A DNA stretch of 64,000 nt from Antedon mediterranea (Eukaryota; Animalia; Echinodermata): positions 34,168,437-34,232,436 of the forward strand of contig NC_092672.1 in NCBI RefSeq assembly GCF_964355755.1. Reading direction: 5' to 3'. Each line of letters starts with the position of its first letter. Within the stretch, counting starts at the first letter, position 1. Shown piece after piece: positions 37,201 to 49,500 of the stretch. The notes below the pieces were generated by a model. It ran no database searches and had not been told where the DNA came from. It saw nothing but the letters and a program-made list of their open reading frames with translations. The position numbers and the translations under genes are program-made.

Positions 37201-39749
37201 CTATTGGATGTGTATGAAATAAAAATTGCTTCATTAACCTTTGACATCTAGCATTCCAGTTGGTTCGATCCAGACCGGTTCCCCATCTTTGTCAAATCCA
37301 GCATGGCCACCCGGCCAGTATTTGTCGCACACCTGAAAGATAAAAAATGATAATCAGTTGAAAATGTATGCATTAAAAAAAATCAAGTGACAAGCTGATA
37401 ATCAGATAAACTTGAAAATGTGAACATGAATATATATCTTGAATTTTTTCTTTTTTTTAATAATTTTATATTTCTTTCATTGTTTAGTCAGAAATCTAAA
37501 GCTCTGTCTACACTATCAAACTTTATGTGACAAAAAATGTGATGTGACCATATATGGAGATGATGATGTCATATATGATGTATGTCATTATCATATAGTT
37601 TGATAGTGTAGATAGACCGTAACAAACCTTCATTTTACTGTAGTATCGTTTCATGCGAAAGTGTCCCTTGAATAGGGGTGTCCCAAATCAGACAGATCAA
37701 ACTTACCTCTGGTAATTTAAAGTTAGCTGCTATCTCTTTAACTCCCAATCTCGCGCGCCATTCCAAGTCCTGCAAAATGATATGAATAATTTTACAATAA
37801 AAAACAACAATTATATATGTTTAATGTTTTATTTTAACTTTTCTTTAGGAGCATTATGCTATGTAAAAATAGCCTGCTTCATAAATAATATTATTAATAA
37901 TAATATGATATATTTTACCTTCTTGAACATTGTCTCAGTTTTATTAACATCAAAATTCCGAGCTGAAAAAATATCCAAAATATTATAGTACAAAAGTGTT
38001 TATACTATATTTATTTACATTTAAACATGACATACAGGGATGTTGTAGTTGTTGTACAGTAGTTTATTATTATTATTATTATCAGTTTAAAAAACGTTTA
38101 AAGATTAATTTTAAACAATGCTATGACAGTGTGTGAAGAGCCGCTGGTTATGAGCTTTTCGTAGAAATGGGCTCTATATAAATGTTAAACTATATTGTTT
38201 GAAGGTTTGCGGTACACCACATATATTAGTTCTTAAAAGAACTGTTGTTCTGTTTTTATATATTGACAACTGAAGTATTGTATAGTGTATTATAGTATAT
38301 TGGATTTTTTTTTTACAAATAATTTTTTTAACAAAGCCCATTTGGTAGAATTAATTTTCAAGTACCAATAAGTGTAACAGTTATCAGGCAAGTCAAATTT
38401 TAAAATTCATAGAACAGACAAACAATTAAATAAATAAAAGATATTAGGATCAAGATTAGAAGTATAGGCAAATAAATGTATTTTGTTACTTAATCAATTT
38501 GATAAAATTTAATTCATATAAAATAAAAATCAGAAAGACATAGCTAATACATTGCAGCAGATAAAAACAGTTAAAAATATGTTTTAAAAAGGGTTAAAAA
38601 GTATATTAAAGTATTTCAACGTTATAAATATACTTAATTATATCATGGAGTAAATTATTACTCCATAATTATACAATATACAAATTTAGGCAAAATTTAT
38701 AAAAAATGTATTTATTAGCAAAATTAAATTGCAACCTCGAGGATGCACATGCTTGACTAAACCAGGAAAAATTATAAGAACCTTGCTTTTATTACTTTTA
38801 TACTATTTCCTGTATTTCTGCAATTACTTGCAAGAGTACACAATAATTACATTTATTGAGAAATAGGGAAAATACAGTAATATCAAAACAAGTTACATAT
38901 TATGATTATTTAAAAAGGAAGTAAGGCATGCAAAAAAACATGATTTCCTATCAAATTTATATTTTGTAAATTAAAGCTAAAAAAGAAAAATGTCTAAGAT
39001 GAGTGATTTTACCTCGAAGAAACCGTAGTAATAGATGATCATCATGCTCTGGTGTCAACACATCTTTAAGAATTTCTTTTATCTGTTCAAAGTAAAATAT
39101 GTCCCAATATTAATAAACTACACTATGTATAATAAAACCAGTATTGTGTTTTTTAAAAACTTGTATCAGAAGAGCGTAATTAAAAATACATTTAAATGTG
39201 TATCTATTAAAAAATTATCGGTATAAAACTAGGGCACGTTTTATTGGCAATGAAATGTGATTGATGGCTATCTCCCTGATGTGTTGATATCTGGTGTCAA
39301 TTTGAGGTAAATCCTTTGTTATAATTGAATAAACACACACACTGTCACAACAATCCCTCGTAAACTTTCATCCATGGTAAAAAGCTGCAGGGAGAGAAGA
39401 GTAAAATCATTATTTATTCATTATTTTCCAAAGTCAACAAAGAGGCACAGCATACGCACCGCGTGCTCTTGTCCTAGGGTACATGGAACAACAAACAAAT
39501 ACACATGCCATTTTCTAAATGTTACAGCTAGCTAGGCTTTAGTGGAGATCCGGCTTTAGTTATATCTGTAGTACTCAATCCCAGTATACACGGAAGTGCA
39601 TTATTAGAGGACAAATATATTATAACAAAACGAAACAATACTACAAAACAAAGGCCAAAAAACCCAACCCCGAAATAACACAATTTCTACACCACCTTTA
39701 TCAACTTGTCCTCTTGTTTAGGGCTTAAATCGCCGACAAATCCACTCAT
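31284..39749 (-). CDS. SEC14L2: SEC14-like protein 2 family (CRAL-TRIO + GOLD) with a long acidic C-terminal extension, 12 exons, ~569 aa
   Basis: Exons 39749-39696, 39082-39013, 37962-37919, 37769-37707, 37332-37239, 36733-36639, 34343-34248, 33933-33789, 33537-33431, 32800-32658, 32443-32292, 31930-31284 (1710 nt). Motifs MSGFVGDLSPKQ, DDHLLLRFLRARNFD, HLWKPG, HYPECLKK..VRAPKIFP, LPVYWGG, and GOLD DIAFGI...FDNRFSW. The symbol is family-level (SEC14L2/3/4). Confidence 0.92.
31985..32145. mobile_element. Dominant Harbinger-type MITE, copy
   Basis: Both TIRs present. Confidence 0.85.
33149..33495. repeat. 92-bp tandem array: three extra copies of the SEC14L exon 9 3' half plus donor
   Basis: ACTAAC recurs at 33149, 33241, 33333 and 33425 (period 92); the copies encode VYWEGKATDVDGNTMCSSK|GTTAGT. 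Confidence 0.95.
34002..34162. mobile_element. Dominant Harbinger-type MITE, copy
   Basis: TIRs with TTA...TTA. Confidence 0.9.
36448..36593. mobile_element. Dominant Harbinger-type MITE, copy
   Basis: TIRs with TTA...TTA. Confidence 0.88.
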
Positions 39750-40541
39750 GTTTGTTGTTTAAAAACGCACTTTTTAATACTATGGAAAAGCAGATTTATT
39801 TAGTCATATGTCTAATACGACCGCAACATGCATTCTTCATAATCTATTCGACGGATCTTACAGTAATGCTACTCTACTACGAACAGTCAAGTTTTTATCA
39901 CCAACTTCCGCGATCGTATTCATAAAATTATGAATAGTTTCCAGGTACGTACGTAATCACCCGTACTTTGTTCTCATTGGCCCATGTAAAATTGATTGAT
40001 TGACTGATTTATCGACTGATTGATCAATTTTTTGATCAATTGATTAAATATTGAATTATTGATTGATATTGGTCGATTGATTGATATTGATAAACTGATC
40101 TATCCACTAATTGATTTGCTTTTATACCATGGTTTATTTATATGTATAATATCACTGATCAATTGATTATTTATTGATTTAATTTATTTTATAAATATTT
40201 ATTGATTTATTATCAGTGTTTGTTGGTTAGTTATCATTCATGATTATTGCATTAAATCAGACATTATTCGTTATTTATTATGTATCATAATCGATAATCA
40301 ACACATTTATTAAAAAAGTTTGCGAATTTTTAGTAGGGCCTAGAAGACGAGAAATTTAAGTTGGTGTGAAAAGTGATCTAGCGCCCCCATATGTAAATCG
40401 CGTAGCAACTGCACACAAAAGATGTTAAGAACAGATTTGAAGCGATCAATATCAACAAGAGATAACAGAAGAACATCCGAAATACCCATAGTTTGCGTAT
40501 CAAAACATAAACAAACTGTTTAAAAACAAACGGCTAATCAA
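39750..40541. promoter_or_regulatory. Probable divergent promoter region between SEC14L and LRRC74B-like
   Basis: Head-to-head ATGs separated by 792 bp; CpG-richer patches at both ends flank a degenerate (ATTG)n tract; ATTGG box at ~39976. Confidence 0.6.
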
Positions 40542-43500
40542 ATGGATGTATCTCATGAAGTATTTCAAAACCATGGTGAAGAAAAAGAGAATAACAATGA
40601 CGTGAATTTAATAATTCCAAACCGATCGTCGAGTAGAGCTCCAAGCAGAGCGAAGAGTCGTGGAAGCATCGGGGACCAACGCAAGGTAAGTGACCCACTA
40701 AGTACTACACGATTAAATACCGGTGAGGCATAAACCATGGAGGTAAAAAATAAATTCGTTTATTTTTTTACCTCCATGTATAAACAATTTAACACTGACA
40801 TTCATAAACAAAAATAAAAATATAACATATGTTTAAATTGAAATTGTAGCTTTGTTTTTTTTAAATATTTAATAATATTAGTTTATTATGTATAGGGGTA
40901 TACTTTTTTCTTTTTCGTATTCAATGTTATATTTCGGGGTGGGTCAAACTTAAAGTCTTTATGACTTATACGACTCCCCCCCCCCTCCCCCACATAATCA
41001 CTTCATTGCATTTATGTATGTATTTTATTATATTGTGGAAATAAATTGAAATTGAAATTGAATTTTATATTAAAATTTTAAATAAGCCTCAATCTTTATG
41101 GTTGATTGATTTAACTTTTTTTAGAAAAAAATAAGTTGAAAACAAATGATATTTTGTCAACAGACTATTAGTAGAGCAGCAAGTACCCATACTTCACGGC
41201 CGAGCAGTAGAATATCTGAAAAACCAGAGAATGAAGAAGAGAAAAGAGCCGCTTCCCAACAAACATTTGTTAGCGACTCGTCCTCTGGATGGGACACTGA
41301 TCTAGAGGTTGAAGGTAATATACTTGAATTGAAGTCTAGCATAAAAAAATATATGTTGTTTTTTAGGCTCAGAATTATTTTTTTTAAAGTTTAACATTTT
41401 TCCATTTTATACTTAGTTTCTATGCACATTTTTGCTTACTATACAAGCTCTGCACTTAGACGTACTTTTAAATATTGTTTTTCTAATTTGTTATTTATTA
41501 TTATTAATTCAAAAAAATAAATACAAAAATATATTACTCTGTAGTCTCATTATTATTGAATTAGTGAAATATTTTTCAATTGCTCTTTTTTCATACTTTA
41601 TTCATGAAGCATGTTATTATAAACATCTATATGGTTATATCTCCTGAAACCAAAACTTTCCAAATACCGGAAACTCTCACATATAAACCAGGATTTCCAG
41701 AAATAAGAGAGTAATAAATAAATATGTATAAATCCATAAAGAGTGCCTGTATACCACGTAGCACTTGAATAAATACACCCTCACTGATATGCTATGCTAT
41801 GCCTTTATTTTTTTCTGCATGCTTTTAGCCACAGTTACAGCTATGAAAAAGAGTAAGAAACACTGCCGTATTTGTCTTGTTTGTGATCCCCAAAAACCAT
41901 GTGCACTAAATTCCACATACCTTTTGTACTAATTAACTACAATATGTCTTGAAATTTAAATTGTTTGTTTTTGATATATGTACTATTAATGTAGCAATAT
42001 TGTATTCATTTTTGTAGTAGTAGAATTCACCTTCAATATTACACTATGCATGACAAGGTTTTCTCCAAGAGTTGCATTGTGGCATGCGCCTCTATCCTCA
42101 GTTGTTCCCATTTGAGCACTATGACTAGGCTTATACCAAGGCCTCATCACCAGTTAATTCTTGGCTGTTTGATCCACAGTAGGCCTACAAGTAACAGTAC
42201 TGTATAAATTAATAGTTGCAGTTGCATGTTGGATCCATTAACCTCTCCCATCCATTCCCCCGACCCCAGTATCTTTACTCCAACCATTATCCACTTGTAC
42301 ATGCACCTGGTAAAATACTGTTCCCAGATCCATTGAATCAATACATGTGTTAAGCTCTGTCTACACTATCAAACTTTATGTTATTTTTTATTATTTCATA
42401 CCATATTTGGCCACATCACACTTTTTTTGTCAAACTAGTTTGATAATGTACTAGACAGAGCTTCACGTTATATTTGTTAATTTGTGGATGATTAATAAAT
42501 ATATTATTCACAGTAGTTTATAGTTAATCACACTGTAGTATTAGTTTTGTGTTGTTATTTCATAATTAATCAGAAACCTGAAAAATCACACAAGCTCTGT
42601 CTACAAACTAGATGTGACAAAAAATGTGGACAAGTCATATCACTACTATATTTGGGCATATCACCACCAAATTTGGGCACAACATTGTTTTGTCACAGTA
42701 GTTTGATAGTGTAGACAGAGCTTTACAATAAATCGTGTAAAGTCCATCAATTTTAATGTACACATTAATACAATGGAGAAACCAACTGAGATGTTGCCAA
42801 GCTCTGCTATGGTGTTCACATACATTTTGCATGTCACATCGAATCAAATATGTGTTTAATAGAACATATACCATGTGTGTGAAGGAACCTGATTTTAATG
42901 TTTCTTGTTCAAGTTATAATTTGCTGTTCTCATTACGATAGCTTTTTACTGTAAATCTCCCAATAATCTACAGTCAAAATGTCAACATCCTTTAATACAT
43001 TGACATTTTACATTTATGTAAATTAAACTTGATTTTGCTTTGTCACTATTAAAATATAACAGAGGTTCGTGAATCGTATGATGCATCTGGGAGGACGACG
43101 TACATTGAAGCGTGTCGCCAAAATGGCGTTATTGCTGTCTCGTACTTCCTTCGACACATCACAGATGCGGAGTTGACAATGAAGCATCATGGTCTAGGAC
43201 CGGCTGGGGCAAAGGCTATCGCTATTGCACTAGTGGTAAGTCTAATAATTTAAGGTTCATACTAATTATAATATGCTAATTATTCTATCTGCAATTTAAA
43301 TACAATCGAACCCCTATTAAGGGGATACATTTGGGACTGCCCCAAGAAGCTATTGAAAACATTAATAGCAAAGAACTTAACACAAGAATCTCCTGTTCTT
43401 CAATTTGCATTCAAAACACAGTATCGGAAGTACAGGGTTAAAAGGTCAAACTGGGCGACGCCATTTCACAGCATGGAGCAGCGCCCCCTCCAAACTAGGA

Positions 43501-46500
43501 AATCAATTACGTCTCTACCCCCCTAAAGTATTAGCAGATCCCCTCTATGATTTTGACTTTCTAATTTGATGCGGGCGCCCTACTCCTCAGTCAATTACTC
43601 TATCCCCCCTAGAGCATTAGCAGATCCCCTCTATGATTTTGACTTTCTAATTTGATGCGGGCGCCCTACTCCATGGCTCACAATGGCGCCACCCATAGCT
43701 CTATTCTATCCCACAATGCCTTTCGAAATTGTTACGCGCTTCGGACGAACAGGAGATTCTTGTGTTATAAGTTCTTTGTTAATAGTGATACATTTAAAGA
43801 GATACTGTAGTGTCTAATTAATAAGCCACTACCCAAGGCCTCTTTGTAAGACTTCCTTGTGGAGTATTCAAGAGGACAACCACCAAGTACCAAGTAAGTA
43901 GACCCAACAAAGTGTCCCCTTAATAGGGGTGTCCCTTGAATAGGGTGACTGTAGTGTTTCTGTTGTTTCATGGGATATTCCGAAGAAAGGGTTCTACTGA
44001 ATTAAAATTTTTTTTTGCTCCTTGAGCACTCTTGAGTATTATATGCGAGCATAAATCAATATTATTATTGTTATTACTGTATTCAAAATAAATAATGTTA
44101 TTATAAATTTTCTTTTCGCAGTCGAATACCACTATAAGCAAGTTAAATCTTGGTGACAACTGGTTAGATGCTAGCGGAGGGTTCGCTGTTGCTGAGATGT
44201 TGAAAGAAAACTGTTATATCACAGACTTGGTGCGGTAATATTTTATTTTTACACTTTAATCATAACATTGTCATTGACAAAACTGATTTTTGTTGTTTTT
44301 TTTTTTTGCTTTTTTTTTCTGGATGATAAACTATTTTATAATTTATCGTGCCTATAAACTAAGTCTCATTTGAGGCGTAAGGAGTGGAGTTGAAAGAGTT
44401 GTGAGTTACAACCCTGGCACTAGGTCAGGTGAACCATGGAACTTGGGATTGGAAAGCAAGCATGTTAACCACCAAGTTACAGCTCCACTACAATCATAAC
44501 ATTGTCATTAACAAAACTGTTTTTTTGTATTCTTTTTTGTTTTGTTTTATTTATATATTATCACATGCGATTTATTTATTTTTGTAGGACTTATCAGATA
44601 ACCGGTTGGGCAACAAAGGAGCTGGTGCAATATGTGAGATGTTACTAAACAATGCTACGTTAACACACGTAACGTTATCAGGTTTGTAAAAGGAAATATA
44701 AACATGACATTTACTTACTGCGTATGCACAATACTCTATCCAAATTTGGGGTTGTATTAATTGAGTGTAACCATGGTGGAAATAAAGCTTCATTCTTCAT
44801 CATTTTAATTCTGCTTTCAAAACATGAAATATATTCCATGATTCAGCCATAATAATATGCTTAATACTGTATATCATCAATTATTATAAGTAAAATGTCA
44901 TTCTTTTCATCTTCAAACCATTTCATTCAAATTAGGAAACGCTTTTGAAGATAAAAGTGCAGAGGCGTTTGCGGAGGTCATTTTGGTGAGTATGGTTGTT
45001 ACAACGTGTCTGTCGTTTGCTATTGATTTTCATCCAACCATTATATACAAACCATACAAGCATTCCTGGTTTCCTGAGACCCCATTTCATATATTATAAA
45101 ATATGTATTTCAACATTGTTCATACTATTATTATTATATTACTACTACTTTTTTCGATTTTGATGAATAAACGTATTCGTATTGTATGATCATTTTTCTT
45201 CTTCTTTTGTATACATAAAGTTGTGTCTATTTATGTATATTTTCTATGACAAGTGACAAATGTTAATTCCAATCTCTATTGGACAAAATTCAAGTTATCT
45301 GTATAATGTTTTTATTTTTGTTCAACCATCTTTAAAGAGGGTAACCATCAAGTTTAGCCCAGTGGGTTAACTGATATTTAGGGCCCTCTTTAATAAAAAT
45401 AAAAATACATTGCAACAATCAACAATAACAATCATAAACATTAAATTAGGAAAATCAGAATTAATATAATATAGTATACTATAAAATCAAATAATATAAG
45501 AAAAATATAAGATTATGAGTTAAAAAAATATATCTTATCAACTTAAGTTTAAATGTATCAACTTAAGTTTAAATGTATCAATTTAAGTTGAAATGTATTT
45601 TCAATTTTGTGTGTTGGTGAATTATTTAATGTTGTATGTTTGATAATGTTTATTTTCAGGGTAACAGCAAGTTAGAATACTTAAACTTAAGTCATAATGA
45701 CTTCAGTGAAGCATCTGGTTTAATACTTGGACCTGCTGTGTCTGAAAACATCAACATTAAGAGCATTGACCTAAGTTGGAACCACATAAGGCGGAAAGGA
45801 GCTCTGGCATTAGCAAAGGGAGTTGGGGTATGTGTTTATTTGGCGCTCCATGTTATTGTTCATCCTATTTGGTCAAAACTATTTATTGGATGAGGCTTAC
45901 CCCTTGAATTATTTCTATTGTAGTAAAATATGTTTATACAGTAGTTTGCAGTATAGCGTACCACTACTAGCAGATCTCAATCAAAGTGGATTGTTCAGTT
46001 TATCTAGTATTAGGCCTAAGTTCTCGACAACTCCCAGTCTACTCAATTGTAAATGAGTAAATGATTACCTGGTTGAAAATACTAGAGAGGATAAGGCAGT
46101 ATGGAAAAGAACTGGCCACCCTACCACACAATGCCTAGACTTAGTACAATGATCCCCTAACAGCTCATTCCCCATACAGTGAGAAATGGGACTTACCTTT
46201 ACCTGTACCTTTTTTATTAGTATTCAAATGTTTTTGCATCATCCAGAATAACATAGGTTTAAAGAAAGTTGATCTTTCGTGGAATGGGTTCGGAAATGAA
46301 GGAGCACAAGCAATCGGAGATGCCCTCAAGTTCAATAGTTCACTTGAAGAACTAGATATTACAAACAACCGAATATCAGCAGAGGGCGCTATATTAATCA
46401 GTAAAGGAATGGCTGTAAATGAAAGCCTGAAAGTGTTAAAGGTAACATTTATTATTTTAGTAATTTTATCATATTGCTATTCTGATTGAATAAGAAGTGA

Positions 46501-49500
46501 AAAATAGGAAAAGTTAGCCATTTATTAAAAAGAAAAGGTCCTGTTTCTGCTACGAAAAAATAACCGGTTATTAACCGTGTGAATAAATTAACCACAATTT
46601 CTTGGCAGAAGAAACAGGACAAATTTGAAGTAACCGGTTAACATTTAACAGAAATGCAGTCGATATAACATTATATTTTAAATGTATTTTTTAACAGTTT
46701 ATTGGGCACTATGCAGCAAAAACAAACCTTATGATAAACCAATCTTGAAATTTAGTGGATGTTGGTATATATAAATTAGGCTAAATTGCATCTTGAGACC
46801 CACTGTCAGATTATACCACATATGTTAATGGCCATAGGCTAAAGTAACCTGTAAATTTGGTGAATATTGTGCCTCGATTTTTTTTAGCATAGGGCAAAAA
46901 TTCATTTTCAAGCGCAACTGCACAGCTGGAATAAGCTGGAATTTTCAACCCGTCTGAACGGGCCCATAGTTCAGAATGGTGTATGTATCCAATACTTGTC
47001 CAATCATTACAGAAGGTCATTGGCTTCAATCATTGTAATCATTCATTAAGTAGTTCTATTGTCTTCCTCTTCTTAGATTGGTAAAAACCCGATGCAGACG
47101 GCTGGTTGCTATGGCATTGTGAAAGCTTGTAAAGAAAATGCAAATACAGCGATTGAAAGCATTGAATTTCTAGTAAGTTTAATTGATTGTTTATGCTAAT
47201 ATGGATAATATATAATTTATTTGCTAATGTGACTATTTTATATGCTAATATTTCTATTTGCACATTGGCATTCAAAGCAAATTGCTATATTTGGAAAAGT
47301 GAATGTGGAGTTTGATTGATTAAAGTGATGATTTAGTTCTGGTGGTAGAACAAGTCTTCTCAGATAAGGACTATAAACCATAGGTCCAGTGTACACATCT
47401 AGCTCGTGTGCACTTTAAAGAACCTAGTATCTATCTTTTCGAGATAAGTAGGTGTTACACCAGTGTACTAGTACACACATTGTTACTCATAGCCACTGAT
47501 CATAACTGGGACCTCTGGTCACCCAGTATAAATAAAATAAATTTATAATCTGGAACTATAGTGCAACGATTAAAGTGAACATTTAACTTCAATTTTTTAT
47601 AGGATATTCAAGTGAATAAAGATTTTGAAGAAGTATTCAAAGAGTTGAAGGAACTCAGACCTGACATTAAAATAAAACATGGCGGCATGCAAGAGGAAGT
47701 AAAACCTAAAGCTAGGCTCAATCCAATGGTGAAATTGTACCGGTATATCCAAAAGAACAATCTTAGGTTTATGGACTTCTTCAATAAAGTTGATAAAGAT
47801 GGAAGTATGAGTGTTACTTACGATGAGTTTGAGGAAGGACTTAAGGTTAGTGATGGTTCAGATAGTTGAGGTATGTGTCGTCCACAACTGTCCGCAATTC
47901 AGCCCAGTTGGCTGCAAGTCACAGGTTATTCCCTCAATTACATAACATGAAAATAATTATGGTCGTTAGAATTATGTCAACGTTATTTTACTGCAGTTCT
48001 GAAGCTCTGTCTACACTATCACACTTTATGTGACAAAAAATGTGATGTGTCCATATATGGACATGATGATGTCATATCACTACCATATTTGGGCACATCA
48101 CACTTTTTTGTCACATAACATTTGATAGTGTAGACAGAAACTACAGTCAGAACTAGCTTGATAAGTAATTGAATAAACAAGGAGTAAGCAAAATGTAATT
48201 ACTGGAGTAACTGCAGTGAGATGGTCCCTTATCCTAAAGAACATGTACAGAAATTGTGAAATCCTTGAAGAGTTCTAGAATAATTCTGACCACCACAAAT
48301 CTCATTAACAATTCTTTTCTTTGTGAGCTCCCAGATTATAAGTAATATTAATTATTCCACCTTGCCACATGGGAAATTAAGTTAATTTAAATTTGTTCCT
48401 AAAAATTCACTTCAATAGGAAATTGGTATTGACCTGACACAAGAAGAAATAGCCTGGTTGATTAGTGAATTTGATCGTGATGGAGATGGTGATATTAACT
48501 ACAGGTATACCTTTTTTTTACTACTGTTTTAAGATATGTTATTTCATTTTTTAAAGTATTGTCCCCTTAAAAAATAATTGTACAAATTGTGTTGTTGAAT
48601 ATGCCATTTTAATGTCACATAATAGTTGGACATTTTGACCAAAAATTGGATGGAAAAAAAATGTATTTACCTAAAAAAAATGTAATTTAAAGCAAAAAAT
48701 AGTCAAATTGACTGCCAGCCAATGGGTTTTTGTTGAATTTAACGATTTTATTTTGTCTTTTTATGTGTGAAAATTTTTTTTTTCTATGGAAGTAATTAAC
48801 TTTGTTAAAACTACAAAACGGCCTTTCAAAGTCTGATTTAATTAATCTTCTTTTTCCATGTTTTTTGGGGAAAATACATCTTTAAATAGTAAAATGATGG
48901 TATGATTACAACCTATTTACTTTGAATATTTCAATTTTGTTTTATTCTCCATTTCTGGAGAGAACACATTTAAATTACAAGATACAAAACAGAAACAATT
49001 CTTCGTCCTCTGCTAATTATACATTCTTGTACTAAGTTAATTTATTGTTAAAAGGCTTATTATTTATATATTTACATATTTAAGTGTATAGTACATTTAT
49101 TCTCAATAATTACCGTTGTTATCACAGCAAAATACCTAGTTTAGTTGAGGTATATCTATCAAAGAATAAACACTATAATCAATTGGTGAGTACAGATGTC
49201 AATACCACATCAGCATGCATGGTGTACCCCTACTGTACCATCCACAACCAACTCATCAGGTTGACTCATACAGGGTATTCACTCATACATACACATGTGA
49301 TTCTTGTATATCATTAATATCTTAAGCTCTGTCTACACAATCAAACTTTATGTGAAAAAAAAAATGTGATGTGCCCATATGATATGATCAATGTCATATC
49401 TCTACCATATTTGAGGACATCACTACCATATTTGGGTACATCACACTTTTTTTGTCAAACTAGTTTGATAGTGTAGACAGAGCTTTAGTTCCATATCATC

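Noticed and set aside
42045-42185. Possible H/ACA snoRNA in LRRC74 intron 2
   Set aside because: An ACA triplet and a weak stem are present, but I could not establish two hairpins with an H box.
49128-49185. Candidate LRRC74 exon CAG|C AAA ATA...TTG|GTGAGT
   Set aside because: It places Lys rather than Glu at EF-hand position 12, and I found no compatible downstream exon.
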